A stretch of 64,000 nucleotides of DNA, taken from the NCBI GenBank assembly GCA_043228905.1, contig JBHGNT010000005.1:5394001-5458000 (forward strand). The letters are read 5' to 3'. A program made the translations under genes and the position numbers. The notes under the pieces are model-generated. The model made no database searches. It was given only the letters and a program-made list of their open reading frames with translations, and had not been told where the DNA came from. Of this stretch, positions 50,901 to 63,529 are shown one piece after another. Numbering within the stretch: position 1 is the stretch's first letter; each line of letters opens with the position of its first letter. Source of the DNA: Azolla caroliniana (taxonomy: Eukaryota > Plantae > Polypodiophyta).

Positions 50901-53900
50901 GAATATGAAAATGGAGTATGCTCTGTTTGAACAGATCGTGTCCATGTCACAGACACCACTTGGAGTAATTCCACAAAAGAAGAAATGGCTATTAAAGAAG
51001 TCGCTATTTCCTACACAGAAATGAAGTAGAATTGATATCGAAAACGCTCAAAAGGGAGAATGCAGAAGGACAATAATGGGCTTACCATAGATTGGTGACC
51101 ATCATTCAAAAGCAAAAATGGCATTGAAAGTATTGGTTTCGTCATCATTGTTGTAGATCTGATCAAACCAGTAAAAATTTCTGATGCAGTAACCTCCTTA
51201 ACTTTTCTTGTTTTTGCATCCCACTCAAATAGACCAGTATTACCTTGACCATGACCAACCTTGAAGCCTTTTGAGTTAGTACAATAAAAATTGTCTACTC
51301 AGAAATGCATAAAAATCAGTAAATTCTTGATGTTCCCATCCTACCAGTAGCAAATCCGAGGGGTAAATGTTTCGTTGACGACTTGATGTAGTAGGTTCTG
51401 AAACTGGTATAGGGCCTGGAATTATTGAACAGAAGCTTATTGGTGATGCAAGAACTGTGCTACAAACCATTGACTGTTGTTTGTCTTCAATCTCCCAAAC
51501 TTCAAGTAGAACCTATGTAAACAAAAGTGCAGTATCCCCCATAGAATAAATGCTTATACAGTCATGAACCTTGATTCTTGTCAAGATTCAAAATGGTATT
51601 AATGCAAAAATGCCAGAGAACAAAATCCTAAAGCTAAATTAATGTATGTACTGCACCTTCGTGAGCACTGAGAAGTAAGGTTAATTCAAATACTCTTCAT
51701 ATGTACAATCTGCCACTTGATACAGAAATCTCAGAAACTGATAATAAGCAATGAAATCCAATTCTAAAGGCAGCTTAGAAATGTGTGATTGAGTCTCAAA
51801 CATGAACCCCAATGTCATAACTGTGTTGGCAGTATGTGTCTCCCAACCCAACATGGCGAGCAAAGATTTAATAAAGATATCTAGAACGGCCTCCAGTCAC
51901 CTGGGTCTCAAAATATGTTACAGAACATGATAATATGAGATCTTCTTCCTGTCAACTTCTTTCTCTCTCTGATATTTCCCATCTGTTTTCATCTTTAATT
52001 AGTCATCCTACTGCAAATCATGACCACTCTCTCAATAATCTCTCCATTCTTGCTTCCTCTTTTTAACATGGCTGTTAGCACATGAGTCCCAACAACTACT
52101 TTCCCTTCCAAAATCAAGGGCAGTGAATGCACACCTTTAATTTACATTTCAGCAGCACAAACAGTGGTTTCCAGATTTCATTTGTTGCTTCAACGTTTTT
52201 GCATTTTTCTATACCTAGGTATCAAAACAGGTACCACAGTGCCACATATATGTACTATCAAAGAAGAATATTCTCTTTGTGACTGCACTTGAAAACCCAA
52301 GGAGAATTTGGTTAGTACACCTGAGAGGTAAATTTCATCAACTATATCCACATAAACAAGGCTCATCCATATCACGGCATTTGGAGGGGTCAATTTGATC
52401 CTACATGATTACAATCTACAAAATATCCTACAGTAATCCCAAAAGAATAAAACTTGCGACACCATAGTTACAAGTTGATCATCTCTGGCGACGTACTAAA
52501 CAGATGATGGTAGGAGTAGTCTAGGTTCAGGGCCTACGTGACAATGTATTAATTACAGAGGATCACACTGAAGACGGAGATACAATAGCTCGTATGAAAT
52601 CCTCTAACGTATTTGGAACCTAAACAGAACCCAACATCAGCAATCGTGTTGACATTCCATTATTAAAAAGACCTAGAACAAAGATAGCACAGGAGAGCAG
52701 GCCTGAGACAAAATATAAAAGATATGGGTGTAAATCATATAAATGGGATCACTCAAATAGTTTATATGACTATTGAATACAAAAGTAGATGTATGGAAAA
52801 GAGAAGCCTACAAATTACTCAAAATCGTTCGCACCTCATCATGTCTGAATCTCCCTCTAATCAGTCATATCTGCATCTGAGGGTATGAGAATGCATGCAA
52901 TCATCTCAAGATAGATGTTATCTATCGATATATGTATATCTAATAGCCAAACTACCACACTTTCTACACCGTACAATACATCATGATCCAGTCGTAATCT
53001 AAACATATGCCCATAGCTAGAGACTATGAACAATTAATCAATGAAAGAGATAGAATTTCTAAATCTATGCCAGCTAAAGTTTCATCCAAGAATAAATGAG
53101 TAGAAAAGAGGAGAATATTATGTGCATCCTGGTGCATACTATATTTCTCCTCTCATAATCCCAAAGCTTCCAACTGTCATGAATAGGACTGGGTGAGATG
53201 AATACAACATCTTCTCCTCTTCTGTAATCCTACAGGCCAGATCTTGTGTGGGGTAACTGTTTGGAGGAGGTTAAAGTTGTCATGAGTAGGACTGAGAAAT
53301 ATCAATATACTATTTCTTTCTTGTGTAATCCTACAACACGGATCCTGCATTGTGTATGTGTTTGGATAAGATTAAAGTTGTCATGAGTTGGACTGAGAAA
53401 TATCAATATATCATTTCTTTCGTTTGTAATCCTACAACACTGATCCTACATTGTGTATGTGTTTGGATAAGATTAAAGTTGTCACGAGTAGGACTGAAAA
53501 AGATCAATACGCCATCTCTTCTTATTTAATCCGACAACACTGATCCCGCATTGTGTATGTGTTTGGAGAAGATAAAAGCTGTGATGAATAGAACTGGGTG
53601 ACCAGTACACGATTGAATCTTGTGTAATCCAACAACCCTGATCCTGTGTGGAGTAAGTGTTTGGAGGAGACGAAAAGATTCTGGTAGGTGGACATGATAT
53701 CATCGTTCTAGAACATTCCAGAAATTTCTAATGCCGAATGAGTTGTAACTAATGTGACTCATGACTTGATTGGCGCTGGGGAGCATTTACACAAATTACA
53801 TTGAGTAATTGCGGCACTGAGCACCATTTCAAAGACAGAACATTAGAGAAGATATAATCCAAAAAAGAAGGTAATCAATCTATCATCGTAGTTCCTGATA

Positions 53901-54287
53901 CTACTCTATCCCTCTAGTTTCATTAGAATTTCTTGATTCTTGACATTTCTTTCCAGTGTTATTCTCTATCTAGATCCAAAGTAATTCGAGCCTATTGCGT
54001 ACTCCCACACACACACACAAATACACGTGTATAAGCAAGCCGGATCAAGACAGTTATAGGCTATAAACGTAACAATTGTTATGTGGATTTTCTTATTTGC
54101 ACGCCTGAAGTATACACATACATACATGTATGCATGCACGTAAACTGTTATCAACAGAAAAAAAAAAGACAAAAAAAAAAACCTGTTTGCAAAGGATGAG
54201 CTGGAGAGTGGATGTAGAAGTGAAGTGGCCTACTGCAGCTGCGCTAACTAATGATCCCCCTTTCAACTCTTCGTAGTTGAGCTCCAT
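35116..54287 (-). CDS. Divergent DDB1-like (DDB1/CPSF160/SF3B3 superfamily) beta-propeller protein, about 1097 aa
   Basis: Phase-consistent exons: 54287-54183, 51512-51345, 51259-51086, 51010-50665, 50465-50381, 50292-50073, 49939-49835, 45230-44857, 43861-43813, 43737-43651, 42826-42707, 42620-42390, 40024-39866, 38459-37969, 37790-37698, 37400-37319, 37091-37041, 35643-35569, 35479-35392, 35306-35116. Colinear DDB1-like motifs: [52 protein letters not shown]...[32 protein letters not shown]. The 3' end is less certain. Confidence 0.85.
36190..36610 (-). mobile_element. LINE 3' region fragment(s)
   Basis: Reverse complement matches 47410-47720 (TACACAAATGGGCTTC, AAAAGCCATTATCTCCCGCCATCG, GATCTTTTGAAGACAAAA). 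Confidence 0.85.
38470..38702. repeat. Imperfect tandem duplication of about 110 bp at an intron end
   Basis: GCAAA(A)GGAAAA.CATAAATAAAA...AAGACCAG...TAGTGCAACTTA.AAATGTT occurs twice. Confidence 0.75.
39110..39215 (-). mobile_element. LINE 3'-end fragment with (TTTC)n tail
   Basis: Diverged reverse-complement match to the family 3' terminus. Confidence 0.6.
41105..42105 (+). mobile_element. Head-to-tail stack of LINE pieces (3' ends about 41105-41668 and 41669-41925; RT-region piece 41926-42105)
   Basis: Matches 47280-47860 twice, then [16 protein letters not shown]...VETWGP matching 46415-46590. Confidence 0.85.
44460..44560 (+). mobile_element. LINE 3'-end fragment
   Basis: AAGATGTAATCTCTTGTTTGGTCTTATAGGCCATTTTGGCCTTTTAAAAGATGTTA; a more diverged copy lies at about 43010-43095. 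Confidence 0.85.
45608..45851 (+). mobile_element. (CT)n array followed by LINE 3'-UTR fragment (45655-45851)
   Basis: Near-identical to 47680-47870. Confidence 0.9.
45852..47946 (+). mobile_element. 5'-truncated LINE (RT, thumb, CCHC finger, C-terminal extension, 3' UTR, (TTTC)n(CT)n tail), antisense within an intron of the DDB1-like gene
   Basis: [43 protein letters not shown]...CQLC...EEHYVWRC; ORFs 45878-46678, 46715-47290 and 47306-47668 are one frame with two premature stops. Confidence 0.95.
48045..48398 (-). mobile_element. LINE 3' fragment inverted relative to the adjacent element
   Basis: AAAATGGCCTATAAGACCAAACAAGAGAT...GGAGATAATGGCCTTTATCTGTCAATGACAAGGGT is the reverse complement of 47480-47830. 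Confidence 0.85.
48656..48817 (-). pseudogene. rpoC1: Nuclear plastid DNA insertion (NUPT): rpoC1 fragment
   Basis: [51 protein letters not shown] matches the plastid RNA polymerase beta' region (WMVL.LLPVLPPELRPI). Confidence 0.85.
53175..53680. repeat. Minisatellite, 5 copies of about 101 bp, in intron 1 of the DDB1-like gene
   Basis: TGTCATGAGTAGGACTG...TGTAATCCTACAACAC.GATCC...TGTTTGGA recurs at about 53175, 53278, 53379, 53480, 53580. Confidence 0.9.
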
Positions 54288-54467
54288 TATCCAGGGAGGG
54301 TTTCTCTTCTCAGGGCGTGGGAGAATCGCGATCAGTTACACACAGAGAGAGAAAGCGAGGCGTCTTCAGCAAGAACATCGAAGTTTCATTAAACTCTCCG
54401 GCAGTTTTAGTTATTCCGGTAGTTGTAAAGTTTCTAATGTACACATTCCTTTACATACATATTTATT

Positions 54468-54530
54468 GAAAGAAAGAAAGAAATATATATTAACGTCTTC
54501 TAAGGCCAAAATTGGCCCATGAGCCAAATG
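54468..54530 (-). mobile_element. LINE 3'-terminal stub just upstream of the DDB1-like gene
   Basis: Reverse complement TTTGGCTCATGGGCCAATTTTGGCCTTAGAAGACGTTAATATATTTC(TTTC)n. Confidence 0.7.
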
Positions 54531-57227
54531 GTTTAAGTGTTATAACACCATCACATGTTACATTGTACTCCATCGTATGGCTCAAATCATGCCAGAAGTC
54601 GGAAGCATGAATGTGTCAATGTATGCCAACTTCTCATATGTAGGTAGTAGAAACCCATGTAATCTTCGTTGATTCTTGGCTTATGATCTAGATTGTGCAC
54701 AATAGGGTTAGCTTTTCACAAACAAAAATAGATTGAATAATGTTGTGTGTGATCTTCCTAGACATTTGTTCTAATATTTTTGGATTCTACTAATGCCATT
54801 GATCTCGATCGGGATGGCACCACGTCTTGTAGTCACAAAAAGATGAGTGAGGGGCATCAAAATGTTGATAGTGGTAGTGCAACCTTCATGAGCTCAGCTG
54901 TAACGTCGATATTTTGGTACATGTTCCAAGTCACATGATTTTACTATTGTTTCCTTCTATTCATTATAAAATACAACAATATTGTTTTCAACCCTTAGGA
55001 CATTGCAAGCGATGTATACAACCATTCTTAGGAGGGAAGTTTTGCACAAATTTATTAGCATTTCCACTACACAACAAAGCATGGGAGTGTTAACCACTTC
55101 ATCCTTCTATTTGTGGAGAATATAAGTCTTATATAATTAAGGAAAGTGAAATTCTAAAGCCAAATTTTCATTAGTAAAGCTCTTGAGCGTCTTGCAAAAT
55201 GAATTTGTAAAGCTCCTTTCATGAGGAGCGTTTTCCATTACACTGTGGACAATGATTTCTATTAGCCATTCTCAAGAGAAAAATGTTGCCTAATTAATAA
55301 TGATCCAAAGTCGAACAAAACATGTCGTTTATATTTTGACCTAGGAACCTCATGTTGTGAAACATAACCTTTACGCCAGAGTTAAAGTGTAAATCACCGT
55401 TCTCTGCCTAGTCATAGCATCATCAATGATAAAAAATAAAATGCTTGCATAATCAAAATCATAACAAATTGCTTGTGTTGAAATATAAGAATTAGAAATC
55501 ACAAAGAAGTTGTTGAACATAATGAATCAAAATGACAAGAATTTTGGTAAGTAGCTCTTAATGAGTGATTGATGTAAAAATTTAAAACCAATGCGCCACA
55601 ACTTGATACATTTACCGATACATGGAACTTAACGATATCATATTTAATTATTTTTGCTAATATATTTGTGTCGGGTGTGGAATATTTTTGAGCCTTTTGT
55701 TGCTATTGGTCCTGTTAACTTATCGTTGCACCATCACACTTAGGCATTCGTTTAAAAACAAATTAATATCGGAATGTTTTCACATTGGTTTACTTGTAAT
55801 GTCTTGTTTATGATTTGGGTGTGTTGAATTCCATGATATATCTACTTAAACGCCAAGTAGTAGTTATTTTATGCCTAATTGTAATATGATATCCTAGTGT
55901 TAGTAGGATTTAAGCTTCTTTTTATAATAGTGGCATGCATGTTAGTATATTTCGAGAGGGCAAGTAAATGGAGCATTTTAATGGTGGAATTTTATGCTTT
56001 TCTTTTTCTTCTCGAAAGTATACTATGAACACCTGTCCAACTTATTTTTTAATGCATATTCAACCATCAAAACATATTAAGATTGACAACCTAATCTTAT
56101 CGTTACTATTGTCATGAACCGAACCCTCTACAAATTTGTCTTTTATCATTGTTTGTTGATGCAACTCATTTTTACAAATAATATGTGATACAAAAAGTTA
56201 CGCAAGTATACATGTAGGGATGCAACATAGAATATTGTACGTACTAATTGTATGCTTGATGCAAATTTGAATTTTATATAAGTGTGTGACTCATATACAC
56301 GTTGGTATATAATAAAGAATACAAGGAGTAAATAAAGCTTTCCCATGATGACTTTATGACAATGTTACATAATGTTATTCCTTGAATGCAATAACATGGT
56401 AAGCTCATCCATCAAAGTCATTGTCTAATGCCATGTTTGACATAAGTTTGTTATGCATATGTTGAATACGGTGAGTATATGTCCAATCTAGTGATGTCAT
56501 GAACATGAGTTCCCTCCTCGCTTTTTCTATAGATGAGTTTAGATAAAAAAATCAAAATGATTTACACTCTACTTAAAAACACTAGTTTTCTTTACATTTT
56601 AAATAATTGAAGCAATACGAATGTGTAGTAATTCACTTTATCGAATTATCGGTATTTGCTAAACTATGTATTCTGTTTCAAAAGAACCTAAAGGGTACCT
56701 AATATCTTACATTTGCACTAAATATACTATCTCCAAATAAGTATGAGACACACACAGAATATGCCATTCTAATTTTTAAAGTGATAGATTAGTACTCAAT
56801 GAAAAACATATCACACTAACTTTTAAAAGACAACAATTCTATTTGAGGAACACAATTATGGTGGTGTTCTAAGAGTCTAATGCAATGTATCATATGGTTA
56901 TGAAAGAAGTTTAGACATAAATAAATGTAATTATGGATCTAAAGGCCAAAGGTTGGGCCCTATCCCGACCAAATTAGATGGTATATGATTCCTCATGTCT
57001 CGTACCATGGAAGCGAACCATGTGCTCTTCCTTGTCAACTTGTGGGGATGCATATGCAAATAGAAATATCTCTCTATCCTTGTTATGAGAGGAAGGGGCC
57101 ATAAGATGCTCGAAGGTAAGAAGAGAGCAAACTTTACATCTATAATATATACTAGTTGACCTTGGTTCAATGTGCAAACCATAATTGTCCACATAATGTG
57201 GGTTATCTAAATGGTTAGTTACAATTT

Positions 57228-57424
57228 AATTAGCATTTCTATGTCCGTAATTCTAACTTGAACGTGAATGCTTGTAACTATTGTGACCTCTAGAAGAAAT
57301 AGAAACTCATTATAATTGCCTAAACCCTAAACCCTAATTAGCATTTCTCTGTCATTAAGATTGTTCTAATTTGAACGTGAATGCTTGTAGTGTGACCTCT
57401 AGAAGAAATAGAAACTCATTATAA
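57228..57424. repeat. Tandem duplication of about 90 bp separated by short telomere-like CCTAAACCCTAAACCCTAA
   Basis: AATTAGCATTTCT...TTGAACGTGAATGCTTGTA...TGTGACCTCTAGAAGAAATAGAAACTCATTATAA occurs twice. Confidence 0.85.
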
Positions 57425-57752
57425 GTCTAGGACGATGATGTTGCTCATTAAACCCTATAAAAATCCCAAGCCAACTAGACCATGAGGGCATGTTATAATG
57501 TTTTTGGTAACTCAAAAAAAAATGATACTCAAATCTAACTCAACAAGACCAACTAGAATAGTGCATGTTATAACTTTGCATAAGTATATAATGGTAATCT
57601 ATAACTAGCATGATGGGCAATGAGGTTTCGATATGTTACCACATTTCACCAAGTGGACATACGAGCATGTGCATTCAAGAAAATGTGTGTGCAAACAATA
57701 TTCATGATTAATGTAAGAGAGGAACATAAGCGAGGACAACAAAAAAGGCAAT

Positions 57753-58420
57753 GAATGCTTACAAAATGCGATACCAAATGCAATAGCGTAATGGATGCAT
57801 ATGGTGCTTCCAAAAGGAGAGACCAAATTCAATAACACAATGTCATGGCCATAGTGCTTACATAGAGATGGACCAAATGCAATTACACATTGAATGTGTA
57901 CATGGATGTACCCAATGTGACTTGTAGATAGTAGTACCCTTAAAGGTTAGAAGTGACGTGAGGGTGATAAATAGAAAGTGTGATCAAGAAATTAACTTGA
58001 GCCATGTCCCATAAAATATCACATTATGTTAAAGCATGATATCACCTTGGAATTGTCATGAATGCTTACAAAAAGAGATACCATATACAGTAAAACATAG
58101 TATAACGCTAATGCTTCCAAAATGCGATACCAAATGCAATAGCGTAATGGATGCCTATAGTGCTTCCAAAAGGAGAGACCGAATTCAATAACACAATGTC
58201 ATGGCCATAGTGTCTACAAAGAGAGAAGCAATTACACATTGGATGTGTGCATGGATGTATGTACACAATGTGACTTGTAGATAGTAATCTTAAAGGCTAG
58301 AAGTGACGTGAGGGTGAGAAGAAATGGCGATCAATAGAAAGTGTGATCAAGTTGTTAACTTGAGCCATGTCCCATAAAATGTCACATTATGTTAAAGCAT
58401 GATATCACCTTGGAATTTGC
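57753..58420. repeat. Tandem duplication, period about 355 bp
   Basis: AATGCTT.CAAAATGCGATACCAAATGCAATAGCGTAATGGATGC...GCATGATATCACCTTGGAATT at about 57753-58054 and 58110-58416. Confidence 0.9.
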
Positions 58421-60023
58421 ATGATTTATTAACTTTAAAAGGTCTTTTCTATCTAAAGTTAAGATATTGGCAAAACAAACATGGATTTTGATGAGTGTTA
58501 AGAATTAAAAGAGCATTAACCAATCAAATCTCTTAGGTAAGAAGTGACACTTAATCTATGTTTATGTTGATGTTATTCTATTTGAGCCTAGAATTTCAAA
58601 CATTTAGTATTTTTCATAGTAAGGCGTGGATCTAAGTGAGGTTTATTTCGTTGCCACGTTGAGACTAATGGATTCATCCATAGTCTAATCACCCACCTTT
58701 CACATGTTAATATATAAATTTACGATGTCTACTCTTTCTCAAGCCATTGAATTCCTCATTCCATGGATTTTTATATGTCCTAAGGAATTCAAGGGCATCT
58801 AACCTATGAAAATCCTTAATTTTCTTAGTTTAATAGTGAAACTTTCTAGTTTTAATACATTTCCTCCCCATCTCCTAATTGTATGACAGAGATCAAGACT
58901 ATAATTTAACGACTATTTTTTTTGTCTAGATAATGTTTGGTGTAAAGTGGGCTCTTGGAAAGAAATATGAGAACAAATTTACAGCACACTATGGTTTACT
59001 TTCTACCCATGGGCCATAGTTTAATAACAAGATAAAAAATGGGTCTACAAGATGGATAGAAAACAATGGGAATCGCACACATAATGCACGAGCACCACAG
59101 TGTAAACATGTGAAGAGGGTATAATCGAGCAGAAACAAAGGTAGAAGAAAGGGCATTTGTCGCCTAATTTATTTGCAATCATTGGTCAGAGTTCATTCTA
59201 GAACATGCTTGCAAGGCTAATGTCAATGAACATGCCAACATTGCGTTATTTATACATGTGCGGATGTAGTACTTGTAATGTGCAATGAACATTGTGCTAG
59301 GAACAAATGTAGGAGGACAAAGAAAATTAGGCACAGGGTACATGTCATGTAACCATTGGGAATTTGGCACAAAGGCTGAGCTATCCACACTTTAATCGGG
59401 AAAAAGTTGGTCTAGGGATTGTCTCTTGTGCACACGGATGAAAAAAACATTGGGATCTGGTTGAATGCACCATAAAAAGTTGTCATTACATCTACACGAT
59501 TAGGAATGCTGCTAAAAAGGGATGTACTTGATCGGATATGGTCGAACATTTGATAAGTTAATTTGACCGAGACTAAGGTGAAAAGGAGATGATGATTAAA
59601 GAAGATGTAAGATGGTGGGGAATTGATGAATAAAGGTATTGACATTGACATGACCATATTTACTTTGATCACTAGAGCTAAAATGGCGACATTGGTGTGT
59701 GAGGTGGGTTTGTATTTGGAAGTGTGTATGTGGTGCCCTCCACTCATCTTCACATATATAGAGCCTATCCATGATGGAAGTTTAAATATGGAAAGAAGAG
59801 GAAGAAATAGGCTTAGATAGGAGGATAGGAATATAGCAACATATAGGATCTTGTGCCCCAAAGGCCCAAGGGCAAGGCAAAGGTGCAAAAGGGAAGGTTT
59901 GAAGAAGATAGAAGATAGAAGGAGAAGATAGCCTACGGGGCGTTTTTCCTTAATACTAACGAAGGAAATCTTGGAAGAAAGAAGAAGAAGAAGAAGAAGA
60001 AGAAGATTGTTAAGAAAGAAGGA

Positions 60024-61316
60024 ATGGAAGAAGGAGGAGGAGAGAAGATAACGAGGGCGGCCGCAAGTGCTCGGATACTTCACGGGCGACGGCGTAACAC
60101 TGGTGGCGCCCTGCGCTCCTTGGCATTGGACAACAAGGACCACCATGGCAACCACACCAACACCCACAACAACCATAGTAGTAGCAATGACAAGTATGAC
60201 CATAATAAACTTGATTGTAATTACAATCATGGACCTCTTCAAATTCCTAGCTCTAGGACCAACCCCCAAAGGCCATTGCATGGGTGCCGGCCCTCCCGTT
60301 TCCAGCTAGAAGCCGGCATTTGTCGCAATGTGACGCGTGAAGACGGCCTAGGGGCGGCGGTGCCCGCGGATCATCATCATCATCATCATAGGTCACAAGA
60401 AGGGGTCATTGTCACTCATGCGGACCCGTCCCGTGAACACCCGCAAGGGCCACGATCCGGCCGGGTGCCGGCTTTAGAGTCGCATGGCGCCCATGGGAAG
60501 GGGATGGGAAAGGTCCGGCGGTCCGACCCGAGCGCGTCCGACGGCCGCAAGAGAATGGTGCCGGTGTCCGGGCGTGGGCGGGCGGCCAGGAGATCGGACG
60601 GTCAAGGCTCGGCGGCGGCGGCGGCGGCGGCGGCTCGAGGAGCCGAACAGAAGCCGCCTCGGCTTCTGCCTGGGCCGGGCAGAGCCGATTACATCCCTCG
60701 CTCTCTCTTCTTCTTCGCTCTGCCTCAGCTCCTCCTCCTCCGCCGCTCCTCCTCTTTCTATTACAGCTCCCGACGATTCCATTTTGGCAGGAAGAGCTCC
60801 TCCTCCTCCTCCTCCTCCTCCTCTGCGTCCTCTCCTGCTCGGCGTCGCCATAGCTCTGCTATGATCCATCCTTCTCTGCCCTCTCCTTCGTCTTCTGAAG
60901 CAGACGACAACGCCCTCAAATCCATGCATCAGAAGAACAAGGAAGCTACTTCGAATGCCGACGATGACGATGGTAGTAAGCCCGCGAATCCCATCCACAG
61001 AGCATTCTCTTCCTTCCTGAAGCAGCTAACCAGCTTCCATAGTCATCACCATGATCATCCCAATGTCAAGGAGCAGGAGCAGGAGCAGGAGCAACAGCAG
61101 CAGCAGCAGAAGAAGAAGAAGAAGAAATCCATAAACGCCTACCAAAGCCTCCCATCTTACAATCCTCCTCCTCCTCCTCAATCTGCCGCTACACCTGCAG
61201 GCAACAGCAATCTAATCCACCGTTTCAGGCAGCAGGGCTTCCGCACGGCCACCACAGCCAGCAGCACCTCTTCTTCTAATTCTTACCACAAGGTTGGCAA
61301 GAAATGGACACCCTAA
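60024..61316 (+). CDS. Hypothetical single-exon low-complexity protein (430 aa)
   Basis: Uninterrupted 1293-nt ORF coinciding with a GC-rich island; in-frame triplet repeats (poly-H, A, S, Q, K, P); no family recognised. Confidence 0.45.
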   Translation: MEEGGGEKITRAAASARILHGRRRNTGGALRSLALDNKDHHGNHTNTHNNHSSSNDKYDHNKLDCNYNHGPLQIPSSRTNPQRPLHGCRPSRFQLEAGICRNVTREDGLGAAVPADHHHHHHRSQEGVIVTHADPSREHPQGPRSGRVPALESHGAHGKGMGKVRRSDPSASDGRKRMVPVSGRGRAARRSDGQGSAAAAAAAARGAEQKPPRLLPGPGRADYIPRSLFFFALPQLLLLRRSSSFYYSSRRFHFGRKSSSSSSSSSSASSPARRRHSSAMIHPSLPSPSSSEADDNALKSMHQKNKEATSNADDDDGSKPANPIHRAFSSFLKQLTSFHSHHHDHPNVKEQEQEQEQQQQQQKKKKKKSINAYQSLPSYNPPPPPQSAATPAGNSNLIHRFRQQGFRTATTASSTSSSNSYHKVGKKWTP

Positions 61317-63529
61317 TGCTTTGACCATCCCAAACACTTTTTGCAGCTAGCTCTTCACAATCCATGGACACTTTGCAGCCTGCAATACATACATACCATC
61401 TCAAAACCCTAACCTAAGACAAAATTACAATACTGACAATCCCATGACATGGACACCGACTTAATAAATGAATCCTACTTCATTAGAGGGTTGGATCTTC
61501 TTCTCATGGTCTCTCATTTCATAGGTCATGCATGCCATGATACCATGTATGTTCCCCAACTCTATTACTCGCGCTAAACCCCCACCACCATGACACTTCC
61601 GTTCCGATAAACCATGTGTCGGCTCGTCAAATAATATTCGCTCGATTCTTACCCATATAGGTGTTGGGCCCATTGGTCCCATATACATATTGTTATTGTG
61701 GGTCGAATATTTCCTTACTAGTAATGGGTATCGTTGGATTATCGATGTTATGTTTTCTATGGGTCAGTTATCCTCATCTCTAGGTGTCGGTGTGCCCATA
61801 TGTAACTCTCTCCTCTTGTACACTCGTATCGTGCTCTTATAACTCGGCCTCAATCAATTCTTACAAACCATCTCAATGCGTATGATTGTCAATGGATTCC
61901 ATATCTCTCTTGCAACTTCATTCGATCCTTGTAGGAGCCAACCACTCGTTGGTCTCTCTCTCTCTCATGCTATATTTCCGGTTTCTCCATTCTATGTCCC
62001 CAAATCCTTTGTTTATATCAATGGCTAAATTCTCATACATTTTTTGAAGTTTAAGTTTTTTCACATAACTTGGCAATTCCATGTCATTAGAGATAACCCT
62101 AGGGGAGAATGCATTATACCATATAGCCTTCACTTGTGTATATCCTTTATACCCATCTCTTTTCTACTAGTTGTTACAATCACCTATATTAGAAAAGATA
62201 GAAGCGAACATATCGAGGAGGAATTTATTAGCTTTTGCTTTTTCTAATAATATGAGACATGCGTTTTCCAAACACATATAACCCCACTAAGGTAACAATT
62301 TCTCAATGAATCATGATCAATTTATTGGAATTGAAACCAAGGTCATGTTGGTTTATTTGTATCATAAACTCGTCAAATATCTAGTCACTATAACATCTTG
62401 ACGTAATCGACATAGTCTCACAAAGCTACATTATCTTATAGAAAGTCCAGAGTATAAGATCTCATGAAAAAGGTGTAGCAAAAAGCTTTTAGAAATGGCT
62501 GAAAGGTTCCCAAGAAAGTATTGAAAAGGTTGCTCAAAAAAGTACGAATATAAGCCAAGTTTCTCAAATATATATCCTTTATTGGTAAGATAGTACTCAT
62601 CCAAGAAAACATTTCCACAATTGATGTTATTTACATGATTAAAAAATCTTACGAACGTGTAACGTGTACGATATACCTTGTTTTGCAAGTATTACATTCA
62701 TAACAGTGAGTCATGTCACCTTTCCAATGTGTAATATACTACAACAAGAAATTTAATTTAAGAATTAACATTATGCAATCTCAATGTGATCTCCCAGGTA
62801 ATATCAGTCCACTAAATGGACTTCTTGAATAAACGGCCACCCACACAACAAATGGCCTTTTTCAATCATGGGTGGCCTTCTCATTAGGGTGATATTTTCT
62901 AGGCATACCAATCCAATCAATATCCATCTCTCGTAATAATTCACCTAGTCTCTTTGATCCCAACAATGAACTCCAAGGCTCAAGAATAATCATTTCTTCA
63001 TGAAAATAGTATTTATCAACATGTCAATTCTTTTTCATAGCCCAATCCTTGGTTATCACTTTCAAAGCGTTAGCTTTCCCAAGCACCTCTACTCTCAATA
63101 CCATATTCTTCATCTAAGGAGGACACTTTACACATTGATACATGTTAGAGCTCATATGATTGTTTGTCAACTTACCCATTTCTTCAATATGACGTAGTTC
63201 ACATTTACTTTGAGTGATGAAACTTGTTGATTATGCATATTTTGCACTAAACAAGTTCAAGTGTTTAATTATCACATTGTGATACAATGCTTCGCCTTTG
63301 ATTAGATTCAACAATGCTTTCCATACATACTCGATAGAACCCAAAACATGCACAAATTTCTTTTAGAAACAAAGTATGCACTCTCAATTGCGACATTATT
63401 AAAGTTCTTGAACATCGAGAGTCGTTACTCACTTACACATGTCTTATGTGTATATTTTTTTGTTTTATAGGTCATATTTGACCTTTGACAATGATAATTC
63501 TCTCTCTCAATTAGCCTCTAGTAGAAGAA

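Noticed and set aside
53175-53680. CRISPR-like array
   Set aside because: Whole units are similar with no unique spacers; eukaryotic intron
57319-57337. Interstitial telomere array
   Set aside because: Fewer than three units; such telo-box-sized motifs are scattered through the window
59412-60281. 289-aa membrane protein on - strand
   Set aside because: Hydrophobic runs come from (CTT)n and antisense of CAA/CAC-rich sequence; no motif support
61445-61865. Solo LTR (TG...CA)
   Set aside because: Flanks TCCCA/AACCA do not give a convincing TSD and no second copy is in the window
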